Sequence record: PZ151149.1
Reading direction: 5' to 3' (one strand)
DNA: 64,000 bases
Source: a phage
Shown: positions 1-9,571 of the stretch, in pieces
How the letters are laid out: every line of letters begins with the position of its first letter
Numbering within the stretch: the stretch's first letter is position 1
Position numbers and translations under genes: made by a program
The notes under the pieces: generated by a model
Database searches by the model: none
Told to the model about the DNA's origin: nothing
The model's input: the letters and a program-made list of their open reading frames with translations, nothing else

Positions 1-1122
1 TTACGCAATACTGGAATAAAATTTGCGCATTTCGATGAGGACTCCGCGACATTTACCAGCATTTCAGAAAACAACTCTGTGATGTATAAGCTGGAAGTGC
101 GCGGGTCTAATGCGGATTCGACCAAACCAGCAAGGATTAGATTTAATGGAGTGGAGATCGTCGGGACTGGTTATGAAACTGGCCTAAACTTTAAAGTTCT
201 TACTCCAACTGGACAATTGCACGAAGAAAAGGTATTCTATGGTCGTGGTGCTGTATTGGCAATGCGTGATTATCTTTCTTTGCTGAAAGGTGATTATATT
301 ATTGCAATGGCATCACATGGAGAACTATTTGCAGATGTTATAAGTGATGACATCTTCGCAAAATTGGGTTCGGTGTCTTTCCCTAACCATATTTTGTTAC
401 AGCAAATGCCTCGCGTATCATATGCCGCAATTTATTCTACTAAAATGGGTAAAATTGTTTGTGAGGGTATGCAAGCGACCCACGGGGAAGGACAAGATTC
501 GTCTATACAAATTGAGAAGGTTTATGATACTATAGATGATCTTGCGATCACAGGAACACCACAACGATTTTTAGATTATCCGGTTGAGTATGTTAGCGAA
601 GATGCCGAACATTTCGAGCTAATACAATGGCCTCATGATGAGATAAGCGCACCACTTGAAGATTTTAACATAAAGGCAGGTGACAAACTATCAATATCTT
701 TTGAATTGTTCCGTGATAGTGCCGCAGCCGCAGCAAACGTAACAGCGCGATTCTTCCATAACTATTTTATGGAGGGGCAATATAAAACAGGTGTTCGTTA
801 CAATGCCAGCCAGAAAGATCAATGGGAAAAGTTCGAAGCTGTTTATACTGTACCGGAAGGTGTCGATAGTGTAGTGACTGGTTGTATCAGATATCCGACC
901 AACTCCAATGAAGGTGTTGTTAAGGTTAGAAACATACTAATAACGCCGATCAGTGGAGTAGTCAAAACTACTGGTCCTACTTCATTTGGTGTTAATGGTG
1001 TTAGAACAACTCACATTCAGGATAACGGTGATTTTACTAACCCTGTAATGAGTCTTCTTAAACTGCCTAGAGATAATAAACACATCACATCCAACAACTT
1101 TAAAGAGTTCGATGTTGATTAA
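1..1122 (+). CDS. tail fibre protein, 3' portion (gene probably starts upstream of window)
   Basis: Frame of ORF 79..1122 is open back to nt 1 with no in-frame stop; sits directly upstream of the tail-fibre genes; by T4 gene order gp34/gp35-like. Confidence 0.55.
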   Translation, partial: LRNTGIKFAHFDEDSATFTSISENNSVMYKLEVRGSNADSTKPARIRFNGVEIVGTGYETGLNFKVLTPTGQLHEEKVFYGRGAVLAMRDYLSLLKGDYIIAMASHGELFADVISDDIFAKLGSVSFPNHILLQQMPRVSYAAIYSTKMGKIVCEGMQATHGEGQDSSIQIEKVYDTIDDLAITGTPQRFLDYPVEYVSEDAEHFELIQWPHDEISAPLEDFNIKAGDKLSISFELFRDSAAAAANVTARFFHNYFMEGQYKTGVRYNASQKDQWEKFEAVYTVPEGVDSVVTGCIRYPTNSNEGVVKVRNILITPISGVVKTTGPTSFGVNGVRTTHIQDNGDFTNPVMSLLKLPRDNKHITSNNFKEFDVD

Positions 1123-1132
1123 CATTTTTAAC

Positions 1133-1164
1133 AAGCCGATCCTCGTGGTCGGCTTTATTTTTAT
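1133..1164 (+). terminator. rho-independent terminator
   Basis: Inverted repeat AAGCCGA / TCGGCTT followed by TATTTTTAT, just after the stop at 1122. Confidence 0.6.
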
Positions 1165-1283
1165 ACAGTTGGTTAAAACATAACCAAAACGAAGAAAGAT
1201 CTTTAGAATAATAGAAAATTTGTTTCGGTTAAAAAATAGTCAGTGCCTACGGCACGTCGCGAAGCGATATTTTGTTAACATTC

Positions 1284-1291
1284 TATAAATA
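1284..1291 (+). promoter_or_regulatory. T4-type late promoter TATAAATA
   Basis: Exact TATAAATA about 34 nt upstream of the ATG at 1325, which has a GAGG Shine-Dalgarno. Confidence 0.55.
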
Positions 1292-1324
1292 CTCGGAACT
1301 ATAACTAATTTTTGAGGTTACTTT

Positions 1325-2815
1325 ATGGCAGATTTGAAACATGGATCTACTGTAGGCGGATCTCCCATTTGGACGCAAGGAAACTTGACGATCCAGCCAG
1401 CGGGGGATCAGCTTTTCTACAAAGGTCATAAAATCTATACCGCTTTTGATAAACCTTCGGCTGCCGATTTTGATGCTGTTAGTGCTAAAGACGGTGGCAC
1501 ATTTCAAAAGCAGGTCCATTTTGAGGAAGGTTTAAGCGTCGGTAGTGCATCGGCTGGAGAAACCAAAAAGAACGGGATCTTTAAAGGAAATAGTGATGCG
1601 GCTAACTTTGATGGTGTAAGTTGGGGTTTGCATTCGTGGAAATCTATTGGTTTTGTTAATGCTCGTGATGATGTTATCATGGCTTATATTGACACTACCA
1701 CAGGTGATTTTAAAACTAAAGGGACTATCGAAGGGACAGCCATTAAAGACACAGGTCAACGCGTCTATAGCCCTGTTAATAAACCAACGAATAATGATTT
1801 AGATTTGGTGTCTCGTCGCGGTGATACCCTCACAGGAACATATAATTTAAACACTGTCACTGTTAAACTATCGGTTGATTCGAAATTAATTGCAAGGGAA
1901 CGTGATTTAATTAATTTTGATGCGACTAAGATCTATTATGGTAACGTTCTTGATACGTTGGTCTTCCGAAGTAAAGATGAGCCTACCATTTTTGTTAATG
2001 GTAAAGAAGGTCGTTTTTATCACACCAACAATAAACCAACTAAAGCCGATGTGGGACTAGGCAATGTCACCAATGATGCACAGGTTAAACGTGCTGGTGA
2101 TATTATGGAAGGTAACTTGCAAGCGCCTAGAATGTTGGCGACAAACGATCCGGCTGGACCTAATGAATTGGTTCGTTTGAGCTACTTTGAGAAAAAATCA
2201 ATGGTAGCAAATCCAACCATCATTGGAAACGTTGATTGGAACACTCTTATTAATCGCGGTATCTATCGTGTGGAAAATGCTGGGTCAGGTACTAATAAGC
2301 CGTCTGATAGCTATTATAACGGCGTTTTGATGGTATATCGCCCAGAAGATGCGGTCGGTACTCGTCGAATTGTTCAGGTGTATTATCCTGAATCTATTGA
2401 TCATCCGATGTGCTGGCGTTCGTGTTCTAATGAATCATGGACTGCATGGAACTATGTAGATCACCGTAAATTGGCTGATATTCGCTATGTTAACGTAACT
2501 GGCGATACCATGACAGGACCGTTAACTGTTCCGGCTGCAAACGGTGTTAGAACAGCTAGAGGTGCATATAATGGTGATAACTACTATGCTGGGTTAAATA
2601 GTGCCGATGGTACGGCTATGATTCACCGTATAAGCGATATTAAAGCCACCGAAAAATTGGGTATTACCCATGATTCTAAGGCTGTTTTCATCAAATCGCG
2701 TGGAAATACTCAGGACACCGACCGTTATGAACTTTATCACGAAGGGCATAAACCTACCCCTGCCGAAGTTGGCGCGGTTCCACTTAATGCGGTGATTGAT
2801 TTTGGTACTTTCTAA
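1325..2815 (+). CDS. tail fibre protein (gp36-like position)
   Basis: 496 aa; GDTMTGPL and HEGHKPTPAEVGA fibre-type motifs also found in the adjacent 1018-aa fibre; late promoter and SD upstream. Confidence 0.75.
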   Translation: MADLKHGSTVGGSPIWTQGNLTIQPAGDQLFYKGHKIYTAFDKPSAADFDAVSAKDGGTFQKQVHFEEGLSVGSASAGETKKNGIFKGNSDAANFDGVSWGLHSWKSIGFVNARDDVIMAYIDTTTGDFKTKGTIEGTAIKDTGQRVYSPVNKPTNNDLDLVSRRGDTLTGTYNLNTVTVKLSVDSKLIARERDLINFDATKIYYGNVLDTLVFRSKDEPTIFVNGKEGRFYHTNNKPTKADVGLGNVTNDAQVKRAGDIMEGNLQAPRMLATNDPAGPNELVRLSYFEKKSMVANPTIIGNVDWNTLINRGIYRVENAGSGTNKPSDSYYNGVLMVYRPEDAVGTRRIVQVYYPESIDHPMCWRSCSNESWTAWNYVDHRKLADIRYVNVTGDTMTGPLTVPAANGVRTARGAYNGDNYYAGLNSADGTAMIHRISDIKATEKLGITHDSKAVFIKSRGNTQDTDRYELYHEGHKPTPAEVGAVPLNAVIDFGTF

Positions 2816-2821
2816 TTTTAT

Positions 2822-2846
2822 GCGGGGTTCTCTCCCCGCTTTTCTA
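2822..2846 (+). terminator. rho-independent terminator
   Basis: GCGGGG-ttctct-CCCCGC hairpin followed by TTTTCT after the stop at 2815. Confidence 0.5.
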
Positions 2847-2885
2847 AATAATATTATTCTAATAACCGTTTAAGGATTTTATAAA

Positions 2886-5800
2886 ATGGCAGATTTAAGC
2901 AGAATCCAATTTAAACGCACTAGCACTAAAGGTCGTAAACCTGATGCTAGTACGATGTATCCGGGGGAATTAGCAATCAACCTTGCGGATCAATACATGT
3001 TTACTAAAAATGATTCGGGGACTCTCATCAATTTAAGTTGTCCTCCGGTGTATAACCGTGACGTTGTAATGGCGGGTAAGGTTAAAGGAAATGATTATAT
3101 TTTAAGCAAAACCGCTAATTATTTTGAAGACCAAACCGCGCGAGATCTTAATTATTTTGGTGCGTTTCGACCGAATAATGCTGATGGTTGGTCTAACTTG
3201 ATTCTGAACATTCCTCACCCCAGCGGTAAAGCACACGGTCGCGGGTTTGAATTTCAATATGGTTCTAGTTCCTCTCAGGTTAAAACCTATGGCTTTGATA
3301 AAGATGGTGCTAAGCGATTCAGCTTTCGCATGTATCATGAAGGTGATAAACCTACCCCATCGGAATTGAACGTTTACAGCAAACAAGAAGTTGATCGCAT
3401 GTTTGTTAAAAACGTTAAAATGTCAACTCCTAGCAGTGCAACAGGGTATTTCAAAATTGCTACCGCTATGATCCCACAGCAAGGAAAAATGGTATTTATT
3501 CGTATCTATGGTGGTAATGGATACAACGTTAACTCTCCGACTCAAGTTGATTTTGTAGAAATCGTGATTCTTGGTGGGAATGGAAATCCTAAAGGTGTTA
3601 CTGTTGCTGCATATCGAAGAAATTCTTTAAATCAACTTGAAGTGTTTGCTATTAATACATCCGGTGACAACTATGATATCTACGTAAAATATGGTCGGTA
3701 TACCGATAATGTTATTGTAGAATTTGGTAAAACGGTTGGTGTTAATTTAACTGTTCATGATGTTCCAGATTTTTCGGAAGCAAAACCTGCTGGTACTACC
3801 TTTGAAGGTCGTATTATTACCATGTTTAATACTGAAAATAAACGAGGTTCTTTGTATTTCGATCAAAACACGCAAGAGACTTATGATATTATCAGTTTGT
3901 GTGACTATTCAGGTACTGGCAAAAAATATATTCGTAAATTCCGCAGTGGACCAAGCTACGCAATCTGGCATGAAACTGTTCAAGACGACACATATCGTCT
4001 ATCAACTGGTACTACCGATTCTAACGAAGTTCTACGAATCACAGGTCGTACCATGTATACCGGAAAACTGGTAGTGGATGCAGGAAGTAATGCTATTCGT
4101 ATGCTGCGACCTACCGGACAAAGTAACTATCTGGAATATGTGGATAATCGCAACGGTGCTAGCAAGCGTCAAGGATGGATCGGTTTTGGTAGTATTGAAA
4201 ATGATAACTTCCAATGGTATAGCGACGTAGGTAAAAACTCATTACAGTTAGATACTACTGGTCAAATATCATTAACCACAGGTGCAACAAAAATTGTATA
4301 CGCTAATGGTCAATATGTATCGGCTAACTCTGATGCGTATCGTATGATCTACGGTAATTATGGTGCATTCTGGCGTAATGATGGTGCTAGCGTTTATCTT
4401 CTGTCTACTGCTGAAAATGACAAATTTGGTGCTTGGAATACCTACCGACCGTTTATCTATAATTTAGTATCTGGAGACGTTAAATTAGGTGGTACTAACA
4501 CCGCATGTTGTTTGTATCTGGGAATTGATGGTAGTACCCGTATCGAGGATAAATTAGTTTTCAGGGCGGGATCTCGTCAATCAATGGACTACTTAGAATT
4601 TGTTCATTGGGGGGCAAGCAATACAGGTCGAAATAACGTTTTAAGTCTTCGTGACTCAAAAGGATTTTTAGCAGAATTTGAGCGTAAAGGTGATAACACC
4701 ATTCAAAATACATTCTTCGGAAGATTTAAAGTCAATGGTGATTCTAACGCTATTACCATTAATGCTCCTACTGATTCTGATGCTGTTTATGTGAAAGGTA
4801 CTTGTAATGATGTAGATAACTGGTATATCGGTAAAGGTGGTGCTGGTAATGGATTAGTTTTTTGTAGTTATAAGACTAATGCGGCTGTTCATCTCACAGA
4901 TAATGGTGAGGTTTTATTAGCCCCACAAAACACCGCAATTGTTAACATCAATCGCGACCGTATACACATCAACGGTACACAGTGGGTGGCAAATCAGCCA
5001 CATGGCTGGGGTAATCAGTGGCTGTCCGAAGCTCCTATATTCGTTGATTTTGGTACTGGTGTTCCATATGATACCTATATGCCAATCATTAAAGCCCGTA
5101 GCCAAACTGCTGGCGGTTATGCAACTAAGGCCGATTTTGGTATATATCGTCGTGGTGCTGGTGATAATTGGGGTTGGGGTGATGCTGTTATTCGTGTCGG
5201 TTCTGCCGAAAGTGCCGATTCTTCACATCCAAATGCTAGATTCATGTTCCAAGCAAATGGAGATTTTAGAGCACCTGCTGGCCTCCGTGCTGGTGTTAAC
5301 TTGGGTGTTGGTACTGATCCTGCATTGGGTGGACATTCTATTGCTATCGGTGATAATGACACTGGCTTAATGTGGGGTGGTGATGGTCGTATTAACCTGC
5401 TTGCTAACGGACAGCATATTGCGTCATGGGGTGTTTTCCATCAAGAACATCCTGGGCTATGGTCTGTCGGTGCTGGGTTCTGGACAGAAGTCGATAAAGC
5501 GATTATTTCTCACGGTCACTTGATTCAGGCGAATGACAGCTATTCTACATATGTTCGTGACATTTATATCCGTTCGGATATTCGCGTGAAGAAAGACCTA
5601 GTTAAATTTGAAAATGCATCTAAGACACTTTCAAAAATTAACGGTTACAAATATCTTCAAAAGCGCGGGACCAATGAAGACGGTAGCGAACGTTGGGAAG
5701 AAAACGCTGGTTTGATTGCTCAGGAAGTTCAAGCTATTTTGCCGGAATTGGTTGAAGGCGATCCAGATAGCGAAAACCTTCTTCGTTTGAACTATAACGG

Positions 5801-5942
5801 TGTTGTTGGTTTAAATACTGCTGCGATCAACGAACACACCGAAGAAATTGCACTTCTTAAAGAAGAAAATAACCGTCTGAAAGAAGAAAATAAAATTCTT
5901 CATGATCGTCTTGCTGCAATTGAAGCAAAATTATTTGGTTAA
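2886..5942 (+). CDS. 37: long tail fibre distal subunit (gp37-like) with C-terminal intramolecular chaperone domain
   Basis: 1018 aa, beta-rich Gly/Asn/Thr fibre composition; shares YHEGDKPTP motif with the upstream gene; last ~122 aa match the S74-type chaperone pattern. Confidence 0.85.
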   Translation: MADLSRIQFKRTSTKGRKPDASTMYPGELAINLADQYMFTKNDSGTLINLSCPPVYNRDVVMAGKVKGNDYILSKTANYFEDQTARDLNYFGAFRPNNADGWSNLILNIPHPSGKAHGRGFEFQYGSSSSQVKTYGFDKDGAKRFSFRMYHEGDKPTPSELNVYSKQEVDRMFVKNVKMSTPSSATGYFKIATAMIPQQGKMVFIRIYGGNGYNVNSPTQVDFVEIVILGGNGNPKGVTVAAYRRNSLNQLEVFAINTSGDNYDIYVKYGRYTDNVIVEFGKTVGVNLTVHDVPDFSEAKPAGTTFEGRIITMFNTENKRGSLYFDQNTQETYDIISLCDYSGTGKKYIRKFRSGPSYAIWHETVQDDTYRLSTGTTDSNEVLRITGRTMYTGKLVVDAGSNAIRMLRPTGQSNYLEYVDNRNGASKRQGWIGFGSIENDNFQWYSDVGKNSLQLDTTGQISLTTGATKIVYANGQYVSANSDAYRMIYGNYGAFWRNDGASVYLLSTAENDKFGAWNTYRPFIYNLVSGDVKLGGTNTACCLYLGIDGSTRIEDKLVFRAGSRQSMDYLEFVHWGASNTGRNNVLSLRDSKGFLAEFERKGDNTIQNTFFGRFKVNGDSNAITINAPTDSDAVYVKGTCNDVDNWYIGKGGAGNGLVFCSYKTNAAVHLTDNGEVLLAPQNTAIVNINRDRIHINGTQWVANQPHGWGNQWLSEAPIFVDFGTGVPYDTYMPIIKARSQTAGGYATKADFGIYRRGAGDNWGWGDAVIRVGSAESADSSHPNARFMFQANGDFRAPAGLRAGVNLGVGTDPALGGHSIAIGDNDTGLMWGGDGRINLLANGQHIASWGVFHQEHPGLWSVGAGFWTEVDKAIISHGHLIQANDSYSTYVRDIYIRSDIRVKKDLVKFENASKTLSKINGYKYLQKRGTNEDGSERWEENAGLIAQEVQAILPELVEGDPDSENLLRLNYNGVVGLNTAAINEHTEEIALLKEENNRLKEENKILHDRLAAIEAKLFG
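5574..5939 (+). other. intramolecular chaperone (S74-like autoproteolytic) domain of the fibre
   Basis: SDIRVKKD...GLIAQEVQAILPELV...heptad C-terminus, the pattern of T5 pb1 / K1F endosialidase chaperone domains; predicted cleavage before Ser at 5574. Confidence 0.65.
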
Positions 5943-5950
5943 TTTAAATG

Positions 5951-5968
5951 GCGGGGAGAAATCCCCGC
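5951..5968 (+). promoter_or_regulatory. GC-rich hairpin between fibre gene and first Gly-rich gene
   Basis: GCGGGGA-gaa-ATCCCCGC stem-loop with no T-run; nearly identical to the stem of the cassette at 43652..43667 on the other strand. Confidence 0.35.
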
Positions 5969-5980
5969 TAAGGATCTTAA

Positions 5981-6277
5981 ATGGGCTATTGGGTAAGTAA
6001 TGAACAAGGCACTAAAATAGATGCTGTAAAATGGCATGTTTTTGATATTCCTAATGGATATGTCCCCGGTCGTGCTGGTGTTGCCGTTTTGCGGCATACT
6101 GCTAATGATGTTTGGGGTGATATTCATATTTCCGTTGACGGTGTGGTCGCCGCGCGTCGTCGTGGTGGTGGGGATTGGGGATTTACGGTTAATGCGTTTG
6201 TTCCTGCTGGATGTACTGTCACCTTTGGTCATGGTGGTGGCGGTGGTATTGAATACTTTAAATTTATGGAGTTTTAA
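5981..6277 (+). CDS. glycine-rich small protein, paralog 1 of 3
   Basis: 98 aa; AAGGA SD; MGYWV start, FDIPNGY and GGGGG motifs shared with the next two ORFs. Confidence 0.6.
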   Translation: MGYWVSNEQGTKIDAVKWHVFDIPNGYVPGRAGVAVLRHTANDVWGDIHISVDGVVAARRRGGGDWGFTVNAFVPAGCTVTFGHGGGGGIEYFKFMEF

Positions 6278-6279
6278 TT

Positions 6280-6585
6280 ATGGCTGGATGGGTTGCGGGA
6301 AGAATGGCTAATGCTATTAGCATTTATGCTAATGGTGGGTGGTTTGGTATCCCTAATGGTTGGGTGGCTGATTCATGCGGTATTGTGTCTGTTCATGCCG
6401 AAGCAGTTGGCGGTGGAGGTGACTTGGACGCCGAATTATATGTAAACGGTACTCTCGAATCAGGTCATCACGCTGGTAATGCCGGAAGTTGGGGAGCTAG
6501 TTCTTTAGTTGGTGTTGGCGCTACTGTCAGTTTTAGCATTGGTAAAGGAAGTTTACATCACTTCCAATTTAGGAGAATGCATTAA
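6280..6585 (+). CDS. glycine-rich small protein, paralog 2 of 3
   Basis: 101 aa; GGAG SD; WFGIPNGW and GGGGD motifs; starts 3 nt after paralog 1 stop. Confidence 0.6.
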   Translation: MAGWVAGRMANAISIYANGGWFGIPNGWVADSCGIVSVHAEAVGGGGDLDAELYVNGTLESGHHAGNAGSWGASSLVGVGATVSFSIGKGSLHHFQFRRMH

Positions 6586-6887
6586 TGGGATATTGGGTGT
6601 ATGGCGTTTTAGACAATAAAGCCGGTAAAGCGAATCAGGGATGGTTTGATATTCCTAACGGGTGGACGCCTGACGCTTTCGGTACGGTTTCATTTGGTGC
6701 TAGTTCTGCTGGTGGTGGCGGTGGTGACTCAGAATTGCTTTTGCATGGCTTTTGTGTGTCTGGAAGTCATAAGGGTCATGATTGGGGACAGATCCATTCT
6801 TGTATTGTGCCGCAGGGAGTAACGATCACGGTAACTACAAACAGGGGTATTTCCCATCTTCGTTATAGACGCTTGAGCAACCGTTAA
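6585..6887 (+). CDS. glycine-rich small protein, paralog 3 of 3
   Basis: 100 aa; AGGAGA SD; WFDIPNGW and GGGGGD motifs; start overlaps paralog 2 stop (TAATG). Confidence 0.6.
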   Translation: MGYWVYGVLDNKAGKANQGWFDIPNGWTPDAFGTVSFGASSAGGGGGDSELLLHGFCVSGSHKGHDWGQIHSCIVPQGVTITVTTNRGISHLRYRRLSNR

Positions 6888-6940
6888 AAAAAGAATTAAG
6901 GAAAACTCCCAGGGAAGGGAACTACTAAGGAGAAACGGCT

Positions 6941-7180
6941 ATGGTCTATAATATCGTCATGGGTGCTTTGTCTAATTTCGGAATGAAACTATTGTCAAAG
7001 TTAATTAGTGAAAAGATGCTCACTAAAATTTTCTTCTATTGCGCTCGTCGTCTTGCGGCTTATACTAATACGCCAATTGATGATCGTTTTGTGGAAGAAC
7101 TTTATAAGGAGTTTAATAAAGATCAGTCAGAAGATAGTAACGAGCAAGATAAACCTAGTGATAGTCAACTACCTAAATAA
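6941..7180 (+). CDS. hypothetical protein with hydrophobic N-terminus
   Basis: 79 aa; AAGGAG SD 7 nt upstream; lies between the Gly-rich genes and holin. Confidence 0.5.
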   Translation: MVYNIVMGALSNFGMKLLSKLISEKMLTKIFFYCARRLAAYTNTPIDDRFVEELYKEFNKDQSEDSNEQDKPSDSQLPK

Positions 7181-7213
7181 GAGTACACTGTCATAGTTAT
7201 CTTAGGGCATTAT

Positions 7214-7870
7214 ATGCAAGTTTCTGAAAAAGGGAAAGACTTTGCTATCTCAAATGTCCTGCGCGCTATTTTCACAACTAAAAGCACGGAGTTGCTCGTA
7301 CTTCGTGTTTTTGCTGCCGTCGTGTTGTCTATATTAGCATTTGTCGTTTATAGTAAAAACGAGTTATTTGCGCTTTATAAAGAGACTCGTTATGAGACTT
7401 ATGCTCACGTTCTCCAGGTAGAGAAAGACCGCAATTTTGATAATGCAGCACAGGAGCAGTTACAGATAGTTCATGTGTCGGCTGATGCCGATTTTTCTGC
7501 TGTTTTTAGTTTTCGTCCGAAAAACCTAAACTATTTTGTTGATTTGGTGGCATATGAAGGAAAGCTACCGCATACAATCGATGAAAAAAATTTAGGCGGA
7601 TTCCCTATCAATAAAACGAGTGAAGAATATCGTAGGCATCTTTTAGGTAAATCCTATTTTACCGATAAAGATTTCCAGTATATTCCATCAAGAGAAAAGA
7701 AATTAGAGAGTATCGATATAGGGGTTATGTATTCTTGTCCTATATTCAATCTCGACAATGTCTATTCTGGTAGTATCTCCATTGCATGGAAGAATAAACC
7801 GGATATTGACATTGAGAATTTAGATACTCTTTGCAATCAATCTGCCAGAATCCTCGGAAGGATTAGATAA
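7214..7870 (+). CDS. t: holin (T4 gene t family)
   Basis: 218 aa, same length as T4 holin T; conserved blocks LEQLQIVH, SADADFSAV, FRPKNLNYFVD, AYEGKLP, ARILGR. Confidence 0.9.
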   Translation: MQVSEKGKDFAISNVLRAIFTTKSTELLVLRVFAAVVLSILAFVVYSKNELFALYKETRYETYAHVLQVEKDRNFDNAAQEQLQIVHVSADADFSAVFSFRPKNLNYFVDLVAYEGKLPHTIDEKNLGGFPINKTSEEYRRHLLGKSYFTDKDFQYIPSREKKLESIDIGVMYSCPIFNLDNVYSGSISIAWKNKPDIDIENLDTLCNQSARILGRIR

Positions 7871-7874
7871 CTTA

Positions 7875-7909
7875 AAGGGGAAGCCTTTCGGCCTCCCCTT
7901 CTTTTTATT
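7875..7909. terminator. bidirectional terminator between convergent genes
   Basis: AAGGGGAAGCC-tttc-GGCCTCCCCTT hairpin (one mismatch) followed by CTTTTTATT; lies between plus-strand t and minus-strand ORF 7905..8153. Confidence 0.5.
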
Positions 7910-8153
7910 GGCGCATAGAAGCCCCTGAATCGCATTTTGACGCTGTATGATGAAAACATGTAGCGTACCAGTCATCTGCTTGTTTGTCTTCGTCAGAAAA
8001 CGCGTAATTTCGTTGTACGCCGTTTTCTACTTTGACCAGTGCAATAGCTGTTTCTGGAAGATCAATCAATCGAACAAAATCACCATCTTCCCACTCTACA
8101 CGAGCAATATCATAACCCATCTCAAAATATACAATCGCTTGCTCTAATTTCAT
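7905..8153 (-). CDS. hypothetical protein
   Basis: 82 aa ORF, first gene of the minus-strand array. Confidence 0.5.
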   Translation of the reverse strand: MKLEQAIVYFEMGYDIARVEWEDGDFVRLIDLPETAIALVKVENGVQRNYAFSDEDKQADDWYATCFHHTASKCDSGASMRQ

Positions 8154-8434
8154 TCTGGAAACTTCCCGTAAATGTTCTCTGCCAGCTTACGTGCATCGCT
8201 AATAATATCTTTCATGTGATGGTCGTATTGCTTTGCCATAATAAGAATACAATCAATGAAGAATGAATAACGTCTAGAATTTACTAAAAAGTTTTTACCT
8301 AGTGAATCAAACGGATCTGGATCATCAAGTTCGATAGATTCTCTAACTTTAGACAATTCTTTCATTACAAGGTTTACATCGTTTATAATATCTTTTGATT
8401 TATATGCGCCTTTCTTTAACAATGTGGCGGTCAA
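8150..8434 (-). CDS. hypothetical protein
   Basis: 94 aa; track start is TTG, an internal ATG start is possible. Confidence 0.45.
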   Translation of the reverse strand: MTATLLKKGAYKSKDIINDVNLVMKELSKVRESIELDDPDPFDSLGKNFLVNSRRYSFFIDCILIMAKQYDHHMKDIISDARKLAENIYGKFPE

Positions 8435-8506
8435 TTCTGACGCAGTTTCTTGAAATTCTTTCTGATAAGCTGAGTTTACATCATCGATATTAAAAATAAT
8501 CGCCTC

Positions 8507-8839
8507 TCAAATATTGCCGTAAATGTTTTCGGTCATGGTTCTTGCTTCTTCCAGCATTTTGGTCATGCTCATAGTGTAGTTGTTATCTCGTACAGACTTA
8601 ATAACGACAAGCAAGGAATCTAGAAAAACTTTATAAGCTCTCCATTCTACTCCATTGCCGAACAGTTTTAGATCTTCCACTTTATCGATCAGATAACCTA
8701 AAACAGATAGCGCCTCGTTTACTTCTTCCGTTACTTTACTGCCACTAAACCAGATAGGGTAAAGCTGGATTGACAGCGACCGCGCTGCCTCTTTCAATTC
8801 GGTCGCTTTCCATGATTCATATTTGTCATAATTAAACAT
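8507..8839 (-). CDS. hypothetical protein
   Basis: 110 aa ORF in tight array. Confidence 0.5.
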   Translation of the reverse strand: MFNYDKYESWKATELKEAARSLSIQLYPIWFSGSKVTEEVNEALSVLGYLIDKVEDLKLFGNGVEWRAYKVFLDSLLVVIKSVRDNNYTMSMTKMLEEARTMTENIYGNI

Positions 8840-8851
8840 TGTATAATGTCC

Positions 8852-9184
8852 TTACAGATGAAAACCTGTTACAATCACCGCATCGATCATACCGCTAGGA
8901 ATAAACGGTTCACCCTCTTTTATTTCAACTTTGAATTGATGCCATTTCGCTAATACTTCTTCCGGTACACCCAGCGATTCGGCGTCTGCTTTAGTTTCAT
9001 CCATAATCCAACTAGGCTGCATGAGAGCATAGTTTACATAGTCCATTTCTGGGGTCATGTCATCAATGTTAATATATTTGCAGTTGACGCGTTTCAGAAT
9101 TTCAAATTCTTTATTGTCAACCTGTACCATGTATAATTCAGTAGTTTCTGGAATCAGTTCCCACACAATCAGTACATTTTTCAT
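8852..9184 (-). CDS. hypothetical protein
   Basis: 110 aa ORF in tight array. Confidence 0.5.
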   Translation of the reverse strand: MKNVLIVWELIPETTELYMVQVDNKEFEILKRVNCKYINIDDMTPEMDYVNYALMQPSWIMDETKADAESLGVPEEVLAKWHQFKVEIKEGEPFIPSGMIDAVIVTGFHL

Positions 9185-9192
9185 AGTTCACC

Positions 9193-9561
9193 TCACTTAA
9201 CAAAGATTTTCTTTAATGCTTTCAGGATCGTTGCTTCCGGCGCTTCTTCCGGTGGAGGAAGCAATTCTACAACTTCCTCTTCCAACTCGATATAGTCTAC
9301 CAGATATTCTACATAGAATGCAAGTGCTTCCATGAAATTAGATGCTACATCCGATTCGCCACACGCGCCTACATGCATTGTATAAACATCACTGCGATCA
9401 AGTTTGTGAATACTCCCCAGATAGTTCCGGTTATACCAGACTTCCCACACTTTCAGCTTTCCGGTTTTGGTTGATGTTTTATAATCGGTTTCGTAATGAT
9501 GCAATTGACGTTGCAGATCATTGATAATAACACATTTTTCGTAATTGTTTTGAATTTCCAT
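9193..9561 (-). CDS. hypothetical protein
   Basis: 122 aa ORF with acidic proline-rich C-terminal tail. Confidence 0.5.
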   Translation of the reverse strand: MEIQNNYEKCVIINDLQRQLHHYETDYKTSTKTGKLKVWEVWYNRNYLGSIHKLDRSDVYTMHVGACGESDVASNFMEALAFYVEYLVDYIELEEEVVELLPPPEEAPEATILKALKKIFVK

Positions 9562-9571
9562 GATGTAATCC

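Noticed and set aside
4939-5370. 143-aa hydrophobic ORF in an alternate frame
   Set aside because: Nested in another frame inside the tail-fibre gene, which is well supported; no independent start signals
6036-6311. 91-aa ORF overlapping the Gly-rich genes
   Set aside because: Alternate-frame read of the first Gly-rich gene; the three in-frame paralogs each have an SD and mutual similarity, this ORF has neither
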